Positions 52,355 to 63,998 of a stretch of 64,000 nt of DNA are shown piece by piece (positions within the stretch are counted from its first letter, which is position 1; every line of letters begins with the position of its first letter). Location of the stretch: NCBI RefSeq assembly GCF_022045235.1, contig NW_027266280.1:5208001-5272000 (forward strand). The letters are read 5' to 3'. The notes under the pieces are model-generated. The model was not told the DNA's origin. It did no database searches and saw nothing but the letters and a program-made list of their open reading frames with translations. Source of the DNA: Haliotis cracherodii (taxonomy: Eukaryota). The position numbers were made by a program, and so were the translations under genes.

Positions 52355-53757
52355 GTAAGTTTATTTCCCATAGGCTTTCACTTCATCAATTACATTTTAG
52401 CCAAGATGATTATTACTTTGATTTTCAATTTAGATTTGGATAAAACAATACAAACTGTTGAATAAAACATTCCCGTCTTTGGACCTACCTGTGGGAAGCA
52501 TAATGAATAGATAAATAGATAACAGATACGCATCGTAGACATGTGGAGGATATTTCCAAATTTGACTCATCAGTGACAAAACTTATGTCTGATGCAATTC
52601 CCTATTTGGACTTGTATCATATGTTCCCATGTTTCCAGGTGAACAATTGACTTGCCTTTGCATGTGTTTATGACGGGTGCCATCGGTGGGGCAAGATACA
52701 CTCACATTTTCGCGAACACCTGGTATTATCACTATTTAATAGTGCTTCATAAACACATGCTTCTCAAAAGGTCGGAATCGTACAATCGACTCGGTTTCTA
52801 TTGAATATGGAAAGGGTTTTGTGGCTTATATTTAGATGCAAAGATGAACCTAAAAGAAATGTTGGAAATGTCTCTTCGTAGTGATGCCAATGTGAAGCAA
52901 ACACTTCAGAAGGTTATGTTCTGCAATGTTAACATACTATTGGGCCGGATGATGAAGTTTATATACACATATTAGAAATAAACATATATTACAGTCTCAG
53001 ATTCATTTATTATATTCTGAATATGTATGAAAATGACTTTCTTGGTATCACTGTATTGGCACATTAAAGGGCCTACAACTACTATTTATGAAACCAGAAA
53101 CCTATGATTGGGGGTGCTAATCCCAATCTGTTTCTCGGCTTGTCGGCACCATTCCCATTCTCATGGGTTTCACCAAAATGGTAAACCTCTGAGACCTGCA
53201 TCACTTCGGGCTTTCCTGTCACATTAAGCTAACACGCCGTGATATTACTGCAATATTGTTCAAAGCGGCGTAAACCCAACTCATTCAGTCACTATTCATT
53301 TGCCTCATGACAGTGGTATACTGTTAAGCCTATTTAAAACAAACACGGGAAATTACCGGATACAGCGTACTCTTTGATCCTGTCCTTTATTACCGATGTT
53401 ACACAGTGTTACACATGGTCGTTATTACGATGTTTATAACGCACACAGGCTCACACAGAGAGTCTCGATCTTCTTTACTGCAGATATCGATTAATGCATT
53501 GCCACTCAATGCTTCCGGTAAAATGGTCACAGATCTTATGGCCACAGATGGTATGATCGGAATGTGGTGAAGTCGTCATATGGTGTCCAGAACAAACCTA
53601 GATACTTGTTGTCTGTGCATAACAAACTGCTTGATCACCAAACTGATATACTTTAGTTGTTGTATTTACCGCTATAAGGCATTTCCATTTTTGATTATTA
53701 TGAAGATAGTATGTGTGTTGATGTTGATCGATTTTATTATACATTATAAATCAAATG

Positions 53758-54030
53758 GCCCCGTGAAGAACCGAGGTAGAATAGGTCTTCAGCAACCCAT
53801 GCTTGCCTTAAAAGGCGACTATGCCTGTCGTGAGATGGGCGACTAACGGGATCGGGTGGTCAGGTTCGCTGACATAGTAGATGCATGTAATCGATCCCAA
53901 TTGCTGGGTTCGATGCTCATGATGTCAATCACTGGATTGTCTGGTCCAGACTCGATTACTTACAGACCGCCGTCATATAGCTGGAATATTGCTAAGTGCG
54001 ACGTTAAACAGCAAACAAACAAACCAAATA
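53758..54030 (+). mobile_element. Family A element
   Basis: Full length; AA(A/G)TCAAATG on both flanks. Confidence 0.88.
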
Positions 54031-54517
54031 AGTCAAATGAATATATTGGTCTTATAATGAGTATATTGGTCAATATAAAGTGACAGAATTATAAATTTCC
54101 TTTGCTTCGAAAGAACTCCGTTTTATGAACCGTGGTTAATCAGAAATCATTTTAAGTTAGCAGTCCTTGGGAGTACGTAATTTTCTGTATTTCAAATTTG
54201 GGTAGTCGCGCATTGAAGAGTGTTTGTATGAATGAATTCCGATAAATAATATAAACAAATAAACTCCCGGGCATAGGGAAGTATACACCCATGTTTGATG
54301 AAACAAACAAGAAATGGTTATTCTAATGTGACGTATTTGACGTAAAGTTGTGTTTTCGACCTTAAGTTTACAGTGTTTCGGCGACTGATTTCAGCCTAGT
54401 AACGTTTTGATAACTGTTGTAGTTTGTTGATAAAATCCAAGTTTCAAGTGTAACTTTCTTTTGCCTGGAAGTTTATTTCACTTCTTATACGGGTATTTTG
54501 TTGCAGAGCTCACGGAA

Positions 54518-54593
54518 ATGACGTACTGGCGTTTCATCTTGTGCACTCTGGTGTTCTGTTATGAGGCCCATACGCAGCATATTGGTGTAGCAC
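54518..54593 (+). CDS. G5 signal-peptide exon (MTYWRFILCTLVFCYEAHTQHIGVA)
   Basis: Acceptor TTTTGTTGCAG at 54506; phase-1 donor GTATGT at 54594. Confidence 0.75.
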
Positions 54594-55199
54594 GTATGTA
54601 TTCATGGAATGATGACTTGAATATAAGGGTAAACATCGAATACTGATTTCATGTGCTGGTTAACTCCAGAATGTGGCGTAACGATTGTAATTAACCTGAC
54701 ACAGCCTCAGATAGCATACAAAGCATATGTAAGCACCACTATATTAATTGTTAATCAAAGAACTTGGTTTAAGTAAGATTCCAAAGCACCATGGAGAGCC
54801 GGACAAAGAGAGATATATTCTTGGGTCCAGCAAGTGTACCATCTAAATGCGTGTCGCAAAGATTAACCATTGTCCTTAATACAATGGAGGGAGGTACTTC
54901 GATATTTACAGAACAAACAATCATTAGAGGTAGAATTAATGTCATGTGGTTTCGTTGCTTTGAAGTGTTGCTTTCTCAGAAAAGAACCAAGTTTTATTTA
55001 ACTTTGTATACCCATATCCCACGCTACAAACTTACTGTTAACTTCATTCATTGACCCCGAGGGCATTTGTCATTAAACGCAGTGACCATTCGTTTCAAAG
55101 AAAGCAAGAAAACAATATTCATACAGATGCATAATGTCAAAAAGCTATCCACGAGGCTTTCCCTATATTTTGCACAAAATTGCAACAGTTCTAGCCTTT

Positions 55200-55430
55200 A
55201 GCGGAGGGGTGGCCCAGAGGTTAAAGCGTTCGCTCGTTCGCTCGTTCCCCCAAGTTTGATTACCCCCATAGGTACAATGTGTGAAGCCGATTTCTGGTGT
55301 TCTCTGCTATGATATTGCTGGAATATTGCTAAAAGCGGCATAAAACCATACTCACTCACTTACTCACTTACTCACTCACTCACTCACTCACTCACTCACT
55401 CACTCACTCACTCACTCACTCACTCACGCA
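55200..55430 (+). mobile_element. Family B SINE with expanded (CACT)n tail
   Basis: Diverged head; long tetranucleotide tail. Confidence 0.8.
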
Positions 55431-55946
55431 CTAGGAATGTTCTCCTTTTGAGCACGCACTTTCTACGAAGATTTCGAAAATCTTCACGCAGGCTCACAGT
55501 ATTTAAGGCGCAAGTAAAGCTTTTAAAAATGTTCATGTTAGACCAACTTGACTTGCCTTTGCATGTGTTTATGACGGATGCGACTGGTAGGGAAGGGGGT
55601 GCTCACCTGTTCCCGATGATCTGATATCCCCCCAATTGATCGTGATTCATAAACAAATATTTTCGGGAACACCTGGTGTCATCACTGATTTTCAGTGGTC
55701 CATCCATATAATTTACACAGCTATTTAGCCCTTTCAGCCAAATGGAATCTGTTTCGGCGGATACTCAAGATTGGTTATTCTCTTGACATTATATATTGTA
55801 TTTGATTACGGATTCGTAATACTTTCAACAGATATTCTTTATGATTATGAAAGGGTTTTGCCGATGATATTTACCTTATTGTGCTATTTTCATAGACCTT
55901 CCAGCCTTTAGGTATCGCTCGATGCCGTCCTTTATCATTTACACAG

Positions 55947-55982
55947 GTGTTTTTAGTGGTAGGAGAACAACCTCAGGGTCTA
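55947..55982 (+). CDS. G5 mini-exon (R-VFSGRRTTSGS), 36 nt, or 87 nt if the acceptor at 55895 is used
   Basis: CATTTACACAG acceptor and GTGAGT donor; both versions are phase 1-1 and open. Confidence 0.55.
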
Positions 55983-56513
55983 GTGAGTATGGCTGCGATA
56001 CCTTGATCTTTTCCATTCAAATTTAATGAACTTGAAACTAATTACATTAAAAGCGAACCGTTTGACAATACGGATCTGCTGTCGGCAATTAATTTCATGA
56101 TATGGGGTGAAACCTCTACATCTGCAATACTGATAGTGAAATATGCAACATTTTTTTACATAATACTAACTTAATTACTCGCCGAAGTTTTGTGATCCGC
56201 GAGTACGCACAAACACAAGTCTTTACAACATAAATGTCATTTACTTACCAATCATAGGGACCGTTTCGATAGTTTAAGGCATCACAATGGTGAGTTTATA
56301 TTTAACGTCGCATCGGCATCATTTCAGACATATAGCGAGAAAATAAAATAACCAAGCTTTAGTAAATATGAAATATATTAAACATGAAACAGCTTTTGTC
56401 AGTTTCAGGCAAGTAGGATGTTCTTGGCAGCAAAGCTATTTCTCAAATTAAAAGATATTCAGTTGATGTTTATTTTCATATACAACTAAATTTCATATAT
56501 TTTTCTGTTAAAG

Positions 56514-57176
56514 GTATTCGCTCACTCCTACCCCAAAGCGTTGCCTTTAAGCTGCTTCTACTAAAACCACCCGCATCCAGAGGCAGCTTGTTTCCACAAG
56601 GGAGAAACCCAGCAAGGAGACAAGTAGGATCCTCATCCGGAGGTCCATTTATTCCATCTGATCCCATCGGAGGCCCTGGCTTTGTGCACCCTCTACTTGA
56701 CCCTAATTATGGCAACAGCCACAACGGATTTAATGGCTTTGGTGGTTATTCCGAGACCATCTCGCCAACAGGTTACCCCGGAGATATGTCTGGATCTGGC
56801 ACATTTGGTGGTCCTTCTCCAGGGTCTCCGGGTTTCTCTGGAGGAAGTCCTCTTGGTTTGTTAGGTGTTGATTCCACAGGGTTTCCTGGAAACCTGATGG
56901 GTTCGGGGGGTTTACTTGGCGGAATGTCAAGCACTGGAAATAAGGAAACAGGATTTCCAGGACTACATCTTGAACAAACTTCAGGTGGGTTTGGACAAGG
57001 CCCTGTTGGAGATTTCTTTGCATCGGGCCAGAACGGAGGTCTTCTCGGGTTAGATGTGATGCCTGGTAGTCTTACAGGAGGTTTTCCTGGTGGAGCTCCA
57101 TCACTACTTGGACACTCTGAGGGTTCACAAGGATTTGGCATGTCTATGGGATTGCCTGGCGAGCTTCCTGGCACAG
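56514..57176 (+). CDS. G5 Gly-rich internal exon (GFPG/GLLG motifs)
   Basis: Acceptor TTTTCTGTTAAAG, in frame with ORF 56588-57196; phase-1 donor ACAG|GTATGG; 663 nt. Confidence 0.8.
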
Positions 57177-57208
57177 GTATGGGAAAGACAGGGTAGTGTT
57201 TTGAGAGT

Positions 57209-57369
57209 GAGTGATGTATGGTTTTCGGCGCTTTTAGCAATACTCCAGCAACATCACGGCGGGGGACACTTGAAATGAGCTTCACACATTGTACCCATGT
57301 CGGGAATCGAACCCGGGTCTTCGGCGTGACGAGCGAACGTTTTAACCACTAGGCTACCCGACCGCCCCC
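57209..57369 (-). mobile_element. Family B SINE with 12-bp TSD, in the last intron of G5
   Basis: TGTTTTGAGAGT at 57197-57208 and 57370-57381. Confidence 0.92.
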
Positions 57370-57546
57370 TGTTTTGAGAGTAAGGCATGAAGTTACCTTC
57401 GTGGTACTGGTGCAGGGTTAATATTTAGTAATGTTGGTGTATCAGTTGACAGATCGTTGTTTGCAAGTTATCTCTAAGATGTACACAAACCTTGAAAAGC
57501 GTCAATGTTATCGCTTCGAACTAAAACATAAGTTTCACATTTTCAG

Positions 57547-58043
57547 AACAACAAAGCCTTAACAAAGGGATGGCAGTGAATATTTTGCGGGAAACGTCCC
57601 CAACCTCTACGCCACAAATGGCAAAAGTTGCTCCGACGAACCCTGGCCAGTCTTTTACCTCTGGACCCGTAACATCCCCGGTAAATAGGAGTAAAATACA
57701 AAAAAATATTCAAAACCCGCCACGTCCAAAAGTGCAGCAGAGATTACAAAATTCTCGTCAAACTGGAGCCGGTAAAGGGCCAATTAGAAGAATCCCGGAA
57801 TCTGCTGTGGGAGGTATCAATCGCCCTGCATCAATCAGAGGTGTACAGCCAATCATTCCACCTATCATACCATCAGGTGTTCCGCCAGTCATTCGGCCAG
57901 GAACCGTACTTCCACCAAGTGCTTTGCTGCCAACTGGAGGAGTGGTGCTTCGTGTTGATGGCAGCGATGCTGTTGTGGCGTCTCCCGATGGTGTAGAAAC
58001 GACCGTAGATGGAACTGACTTCAGTCAAGAGGTAGTTGTCTGA
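57547..58043 (+). CDS. G5 terminal exon: basic P/R-rich region plus conserved domain (protein about 423-440 aa)
   Basis: Acceptor CATTTTCAG in phase 1; ends ..RPGTVLPPSALLPTGGVVLRVDGSDAVVASPDGVETTVDGTDFSQEVVV*. Confidence 0.88.
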
Positions 58044-58842
58044 GATCTTGCTGGTAGTCATTCTTCCGTTGGGATGTCTCATTAGCTATTAGAAACGATG
58101 TGAGATGATATTTTCTGACGACACGTCCTAAAGCGACGTTGTTGCTTTGTGTGAAAACTTCAAATTGGGTTGTCGTACCTGAACAGCGAAGAAAGATGTT
58201 TTACCTTTTACCACCTTTTGCATCCAGATGCATATTTGAATTCCTATACAAGATTCTGAATTTCAGACGTAACCATTTTATGTAAAATATAAAAAAATAA
58301 CAAGTGATAAAAGAGTTTGTACTTCAAATTAGATCTATGTCTTTTTTTAAATCTACACAGGCAGTTTGTATTATAATATTTCATATAGTAGTGTAGCAGT
58401 CTACAGTCACATCTGGCTTTGAGGTTTAATGCGGTCGATGTGCAGAGTTCCATCCCTCAGCTGCTACCAGGTTGCTCTCGTCGAGGGGGCGTGTAAAAAC
58501 ATATTTCTAATTATAAGATAGCTAGCTACCATGACGTGATTTCTGGAGATTCGAGCATACATCCGCATCTTGATGACGTCGCAATGCAATCTGAGAGGGT
58601 AGTGAGCTATTCCCCTTTGATGTAATTGGGCACAAATTTGGGGAGATATGGAAATCTGTAATGAAATAAAGGTACACGCATAATAGCCGTTAATTCTCTG
58701 CACCGTTGTATTATCTGTGAATACCAAATTTACACCCGTCCCCTGTTCATACAATGGACTTGCCCGAGATTGCCGAGATCATCATCATTATTTAAAAACA
58801 GGTAAATGGTTTTTAAAGCTTGTACATGTTAGGAAGAGATTT

Positions 58843-59025
58843 TTTTATGGATGTCAACTTCTTTATTATGAGGAACACAACGTTTTGGGGTATATGCTAA
58901 CTCCTTCATCAAGAATACATGATGAACGAGTAAGCATTTTTCTCCGAAACGTTGTATTCCTCATAATAAAGAAGTTGAAATTCTCTTCCTTATGTGTATC
59001 ACTTCTAAATTCCCTTCAAAGACTT
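58843..59025. mobile_element. Inverted pair of Penelope-type pLTR fragments with degenerate hammerheads
   Basis: Homologous to 32040-32282. Confidence 0.65.
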
Positions 59026-59245
59026 GTAAATGGTATTAACCTCTTCGAAGAGGCTGTAAATAGTGGTGATATATTATATAAGAAATAAACCACACTTGGT
59101 CGTTGTTTATCTCAAAATAATACGGCACTCTATTCTCCCTGCAGTGTTGCCTTGTACGATAAACAATTATTTCTCCTATAAAGGTATGTCATAGTCAAAC
59201 CACAGTGAGTGAATTTGGTTTAATGCCCCTTATAGATAGAAAAAA

Positions 59246-59406
59246 GGGGCGGTCGGGTAGCCTAGTGGTTAAAGCGTTCGCTCGTCACGCCGAAGACCCG
59301 GGTTCGATTCCCGACATGGGTATAATGTGTGAAGCCCATTTCTGGTGTCCCCCGCCGTGATATTGCTGGAATATTGCTAAAAGCGGCGTAAAACCATACT
59401 CAGTCA
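59246..59406 (+). mobile_element. Family B SINE
   Basis: Consensus match. Confidence 0.9.
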
Positions 59407-60003
59407 GTATAGTTAGAAAAAAATATTTTTCTATCATACCACAGTGTGTCTGTTTGATGTATGCAAACATGCAGGAGGAGATGCAGTTGTTAAACACACA
59501 CAATGATATAGTGCTGAAAAACCTGGACCTTCAATCAGGGAGAATCTAGGATTCAAAGTCAGATCAGAGGATTCTGGTAATCCCAATAGGCGCAACCCAA
59601 CACAGCGAGCCAAAACCACAAGGAGTCAGATTGCTGACGTTAATACTACTTGCTCATTGTACAGGATTCCGAGGTACTGTGAGGGCCGTTGAGACCATGA
59701 TTCCAGTGAGTGCCAATATTAGTTGCTGGTAGCCAGTGGCGCCCTATGTTGCCTTTTACGCCTAATGGGATTGGTTTAGGTGGATGGAGACTGGTATTTC
59801 TCTGACGTTACGTTTTATATTACCTACATATTACATATAACCAAACTATACGCTTACCGTTCTTGCGAACACCTGGTGTCATCAACGATTTTCAGTCATC
59901 AGTTCATATAGATGGAGATGACGTTTTATGTTAAAGAGTGACTGATGCTATGGACGTGCTGATCTCTCTCACTCATACACTACAGATATCGTTTGGGAAC
60001 TAT

Positions 60004-60179
60004 AGTGAGTGAGTGAGTGAGTACGGTTTTACGCCGCTTTTAGCAATATCATATTCCAGCAATATCACGGCGGGGGACACCAGAAATAGGCTTCACACAT
60101 TGTACCCATGTCGGGAATCGAACCCGGGTCTTCGGCGTGACGAGCGAACGCTTTAACCACTAGGCTACCCGACCGCCCC
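60004..60179 (-). mobile_element. Family B SINE
   Basis: Consensus match. Confidence 0.9.
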
Positions 60180-60704
60180 TTGGGAATTATAGCAGTACGC
60201 ATGTTTTGATCGGTGATGGGAGTCTTTAGGAAACACTGTGACCATCTCGAGGTTGAGGTCTTAAACATATCAAAAGCCTATAAGTCTGTATCCATCATTC
60301 ATTAATACGGAATTGTTTGGTTGGACGTCTTTTAGGGTTACCAGACTTCCCTGGCATGAGGATTGGTTCGTTTCTGACACATATGCTACCTTGAATTAAT
60401 AACACTCACACCTGTTTGAACAATAGCATTTTATTCATAGACTAAATATGTACAGGTTCAACAACATATGCATTATTGGATAGAAAGCAGACATTGTTTA
60501 TACACAGACACCCTTATTAACGCTAGCCAACAATATATTTGTGATTGGTCCTTTTTTAAGACACAAAATATGTTCATGGCATAAATAAATGACAACCATA
60601 AACGTTTTTTACTGATTGGAGTAAAAGTCCAATTAACTATTGCTCCTCGAATTCCTCGAAGGTGGCTGTGACCTCAAGGAAATACTCGCTGAATCAATGT
60701 TCAT

Positions 60705-63700
60705 CTAACCACTTGCTTCTGGGAAAGCTGGAGCTCCACGATTGCCCCCCTCCGCCATGAAAGATCCAGCTGCGTCTGTGTTGGTGAACCTACGAGAATT
60801 ACTAAAAGACAGACCATTCATTACAGATGACCCATACTGAGTACTGTCCATTTGAGAAGGTAATGAACCAGCCATATCAATGGTGAGAAAATCACTTCGG
60901 TCCCTGGCGGAATTTCCATTTGTGTTGGCATTGGATTCTAATGGTCTTGATAGATATTCGCTGTTTGAATGCACATTACCGTTCTGACTATTTAGTCGTG
61001 CCATTGTTCCAGCATCAAGAATGCCACCATCCATCATTACAGGTCCGGTTACGTCCGAGTAGCCACGGGCATTCATAAAGGACTCGACAGCTGTCACAGG
61101 TGATCCAGGCTGATTCACATCAACTTGGGAAGGAGAGTTTCCTACGTTATTTGTGTTGCGACTGATACCTGAAGGTGAATCTGCCCATCTTGCCATGGGA
61201 ATGTGAGATGTAGAATCTCTGTTAAAGTCCATCAAGTTACTATTTGGACCAGACAGTCCTGTCGAGTCTTGCGCACCACGATACCCCCCATCCATCATTG
61301 GAGATCCATTTTGGTCTGTAAAGCCACGAGTATCCATAAAGGCTTGTCTGTTCATATCCATCACAGGTGATCCTGATGGGGAAAAGATGTTGCTATTCGT
61401 GGATGAAAGTCCTTGTCCATTTCTAGAGGTCAGTCCGTGAATATCCATGGAAGAAAGAATTTGAGAATTTCCATCAAACATTGCATTGGACATATCATTA
61501 TTGCTCCCTGAGCCGACATGCCTGCTTTCACCGGATGATGTGCCCATTTCGATTGGTCCATTGGCCAGTGGAACTTGTTCTACTGTCAAACCCATCATAT
61601 TCTGATCGGCTTGCTGAAAGTCGTTTATATGTGATCGACGTACATCCATGCGTCCGTTAAGAGTATCAAAGTTTGTTGCACCTTGACCACCGGCATTTGA
61701 TGATCCACTTGGATCCAGCATACCCAGCATATCTTGGCTTGATCGCATAAAGTCTCTGCTTCTTGATAAGCTTACATCAACATTATTTAAGGAATTTGAA
61801 AATCCGTCCACATTGTTCATCCTTTGCCCTTGGCCTTCAGTCATAAAAGACCCTGACGCATCCATCATTCCTATCATATTTTGTCCCAGCTGTTGGAAAT
61901 CTTGTGCAGTTGATCCACCCATATTTCCCGTCATACTTCCGTCAAGAGTATTTATGGATGTTCCAAATCCATCTATATTGTTCCTCATTTGCCTTCTGTC
62001 AGCATCCATCACACCCATCATATTTTGTCCCATTTGTTGAAAATCCTGAGCAGCTGATCCACCCATATTTCCGGTCAGAGCTCCGTCTATAGTATTCATG
62101 GATGATGCAAATCCATTTATATTGTTCCTCATTTGCCCCCTGCTACCAGTCATGGAAGACCCTGCAGCATCCATCATGCCAACCAAATCCCGTCCTTGTT
62201 GCTGAAAGTCTTGTGCGGTCGAACCACCCATATTTCCAATCATACTGCCGTCAACAGCAGTGAAGGAATTCGAAAATCCATCAAGATTGTTCAAGATTTG
62301 TCCTCGGCCACCAGTATTGGTAGAGCCTGTAGAATCCATCATACCCGTCCAATCCCGTCCTTGTTGCTGAAAGTCTTGTGCGGTGGATCCACCAATATTT
62401 CCAGTCAGTGGTCCATTTATATTATTAACGGATGTTACAAATCCATCTATATTGTTCCTCATTTGCCCTCGGCCACCATTCATAGAAGACCCTGTGGCAT
62501 CCATCATACCTATCATATTTTGCCCTTCTTGCGGAAAGTCCTGTGCAGCTGTTCCTCGATTTGCTGATGACATTGGTGACATCATTTCTGACATAGAGTT
62601 TTGAAGATTTGATGATAGATCGGCTGCATTTCCAATGTTACCAGTAGTGTCTGTTCTTCCAAATCCAACTGATTGTGGCTTGTTTATGAATAACTGGTCT
62701 AAGTTATTGGAATTGGAGACGATTTGTCTGTCAGGACGTGTCATCTTCCCGTCCGGCTGACTGACGACCCATGAGGGTTGCATGGACATCGCTTGACTTC
62801 CAGAGGGAACAAAGCTGATTTCAAGCACTTTAGCACCTCCAAGCATATTGCTTGTTTCGGCAGCTAACATATCTGGTTCGGGCGTTTGGGGGAAATTGGT
62901 CTTTGCATTGCCAGCATTGTCCATTTGGGTTGGATTACGAAGAGTCATTTGATCACGAGGTGATGCTTGATTACGAAGAGAAGTTTGATCACGGGGAGAT
63001 GTTTGATCACGCAGCGATGCTTGATTACGGAGAGAAGTTTGATCACGGCGAGAAGCTTGATCACGGGGAGATGTTTGCTCACGCAGCGATGCTTGATTAC
63101 GGAGAGAAGTTTGATCCCGGGGAAAAGATTGCTCACGGGCGGTTGTTTGATCACGTGGAGATGCTTGATTACGGGCAGATGCTTGATCACGGGGGGATGC
63201 TTGATCACGGACGGTTGTTTGATCACGGCGAGAAGCTTGATCACGGAGGGCTGCTTCATTACGGAGATAAGTTTGATCACGTGGGGATGCTTGATTACGG
63301 AGAGATGCTTGATTACGGAGGGACGTTTGATCACGGGGAGATGTTTGCTCACGGACGATTGTTTGATCACGTGGAGATGCTTGATTACGGAGGGACGTTT
63401 GATCACGGGGAGATGTTTGCTCACGGAGGGTTGTTTGATCACGTGGGGATGCTTGATTACGGAGAGATGCTTGATTACGGAGAGATGCTTGATTACGGAG
63501 GGATGTTTGATCACGGGGAGATGCTTGCTCACGGACGGTTGTTTGATCACGTGGAGATGCTTGATTACGGAGAGACGCTTGATTACGGAGGGATATTTGA
63601 TCACGGGGATATGCTTGCTCACGGACAGTTGTTTGATCACGACGAGAGGCTTGATCACGGAGAGACGCATGATCTCGAAGGGGAGCCTGATCACCATTCG

Positions 63701-63998
63701 ACATGAGGGTAGTATTTTGTAATTGACTCATTTCCATAGAACCGCGGGCATTTCCTTCTTGTGGGCGCAGATTTTCTGTTGAGACTGTCTTGATCTGCTG
63801 TGCTGATTCCATGTTTGAGATAGAGGCTGTTTTGGTCTGTTGCATGCTCTGTCCCATGCGCCTTGGGGTACGAAGCATATTGGGAGCTTGCATCATCGGT
63901 GTGTTTCGGCGTGGCTGTGGCATCATAGTTGGCGCCGGTCCTGGTGCTGCTGTGTTTGAGGAGGGTCGTCTCATATTCGGGAAACCACCTGACTGTCT
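60705..63998 (-). CDS. G6: terminal exon of a large repetitive low-complexity protein (M/G/N/S/Q/D-rich), 5'-incomplete
   Basis: The 1089-aa ORF stays open to the window edge (RQSGGFPN before the listed Met). About 740 aa lie outside the simple repeat and have codon-level structure. Minus-strand AATAAA at 60430-60435. Confidence 0.88.
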   Translation of the reverse strand, partial: RQSGGFPNMRRPSSNTAAPGPAPTMMPQPRRNTPMMQAPNMLRTPRRMGQSMQQTKTASISNMESAQQIKTVSTENLRPQEGNARGSMEMSQLQNTTLMSNGDQAPLRDHASLRDQASRRDQTTVREQAYPRDQISLRNQASLRNQASPRDQTTVREQASPRDQTSLRNQASLRNQASLRNQASPRDQTTLREQTSPRDQTSLRNQASPRDQTIVREQTSPRDQTSLRNQASLRNQASPRDQTYLRNEAALRDQASRRDQTTVRDQASPRDQASARNQASPRDQTTAREQSFPRDQTSLRNQASLREQTSPRDQASRRDQTSLRNQASLRDQTSPRDQTSLRNQASPRDQMTLRNPTQMDNAGNAKTNFPQTPEPDMLAAETSNMLGGAKVLEISFVPSGSQAMSMQPSWVVSQPDGKMTRPDRQIVSNSNNLDQLFINKPQSVGFGRTDTTGNIGNAADLSSNLQNSMSEMMSPMSSANRGTAAQDFPQEGQNMIGMMDATGSSMNGGRGQMRNNIDGFVTSVNNINGPLTGNIGGSTAQDFQQQGRDWTGMMDSTGSTNTGGRGQILNNLDGFSNSFTAVDGSMIGNMGGSTAQDFQQQGRDLVGMMDAAGSSMTGSRGQMRNNINGFASSMNTIDGALTGNMGGSAAQDFQQMGQNMMGVMDADRRQMRNNIDGFGTSINTLDGSMTGNMGGSTAQDFQQLGQNMIGMMDASGSFMTEGQGQRMNNVDGFSNSLNNVDVSLSRSRDFMRSSQDMLGMLDPSGSSNAGGQGATNFDTLNGRMDVRRSHINDFQQADQNMMGLTVEQVPLANGPIEMGTSSGESRHVGSGSNNDMSNAMFDGNSQILSSMDIHGLTSRNGQGLSSTNSNIFSPSGSPVMDMNRQAFMDTRGFTDQNGSPMMDGGYRGAQDSTGLSGPNSNLMDFNRDSTSHIPMARWADSPSGISRNTNNVGNSPSQVDVNQPGSPVTAVESFMNARGYSDVTGPVMMDGGILDAGTMARLNSQNGNVHSNSEYLSRPLESNANTNGNSARDRSDFLTIDMAGSLPSQMDSTQYGSSVMNGLSFSNSRRFTNTDAAGSFMAEGGNRGAPAFPEASG
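61690..62550 (-). repeat. Coding 165-bp (55-aa) repeat, 5 copies plus degenerate ones
   Basis: AQDFQQxGxxxxGMMDxxGS..GQMRNNIDGF..DGxxxGNMGGS; identical DNA motif at 62206 and 62371. Confidence 0.9.
62931..63686 (-). repeat. Coding 18-bp tandem repeat: 42 x [AT][ST][LPV]R[DNE]Q
   Basis: Counted from APLRDH to MTLRNP in the translation. Confidence 0.95.

Noticed and set aside
56730-57285. Pro-rich minus-strand ORFs
   Set aside because: Antisense shadow of the Gly-rich G5 exon.
62852-63722. Three extra long ORFs (284, 251 and 250 aa) overlapping the G6 repeat
   Set aside because: They start and end with the 18-bp repeat, which lacks stops in those frames. Only the G6 frame continues into unique sequence.
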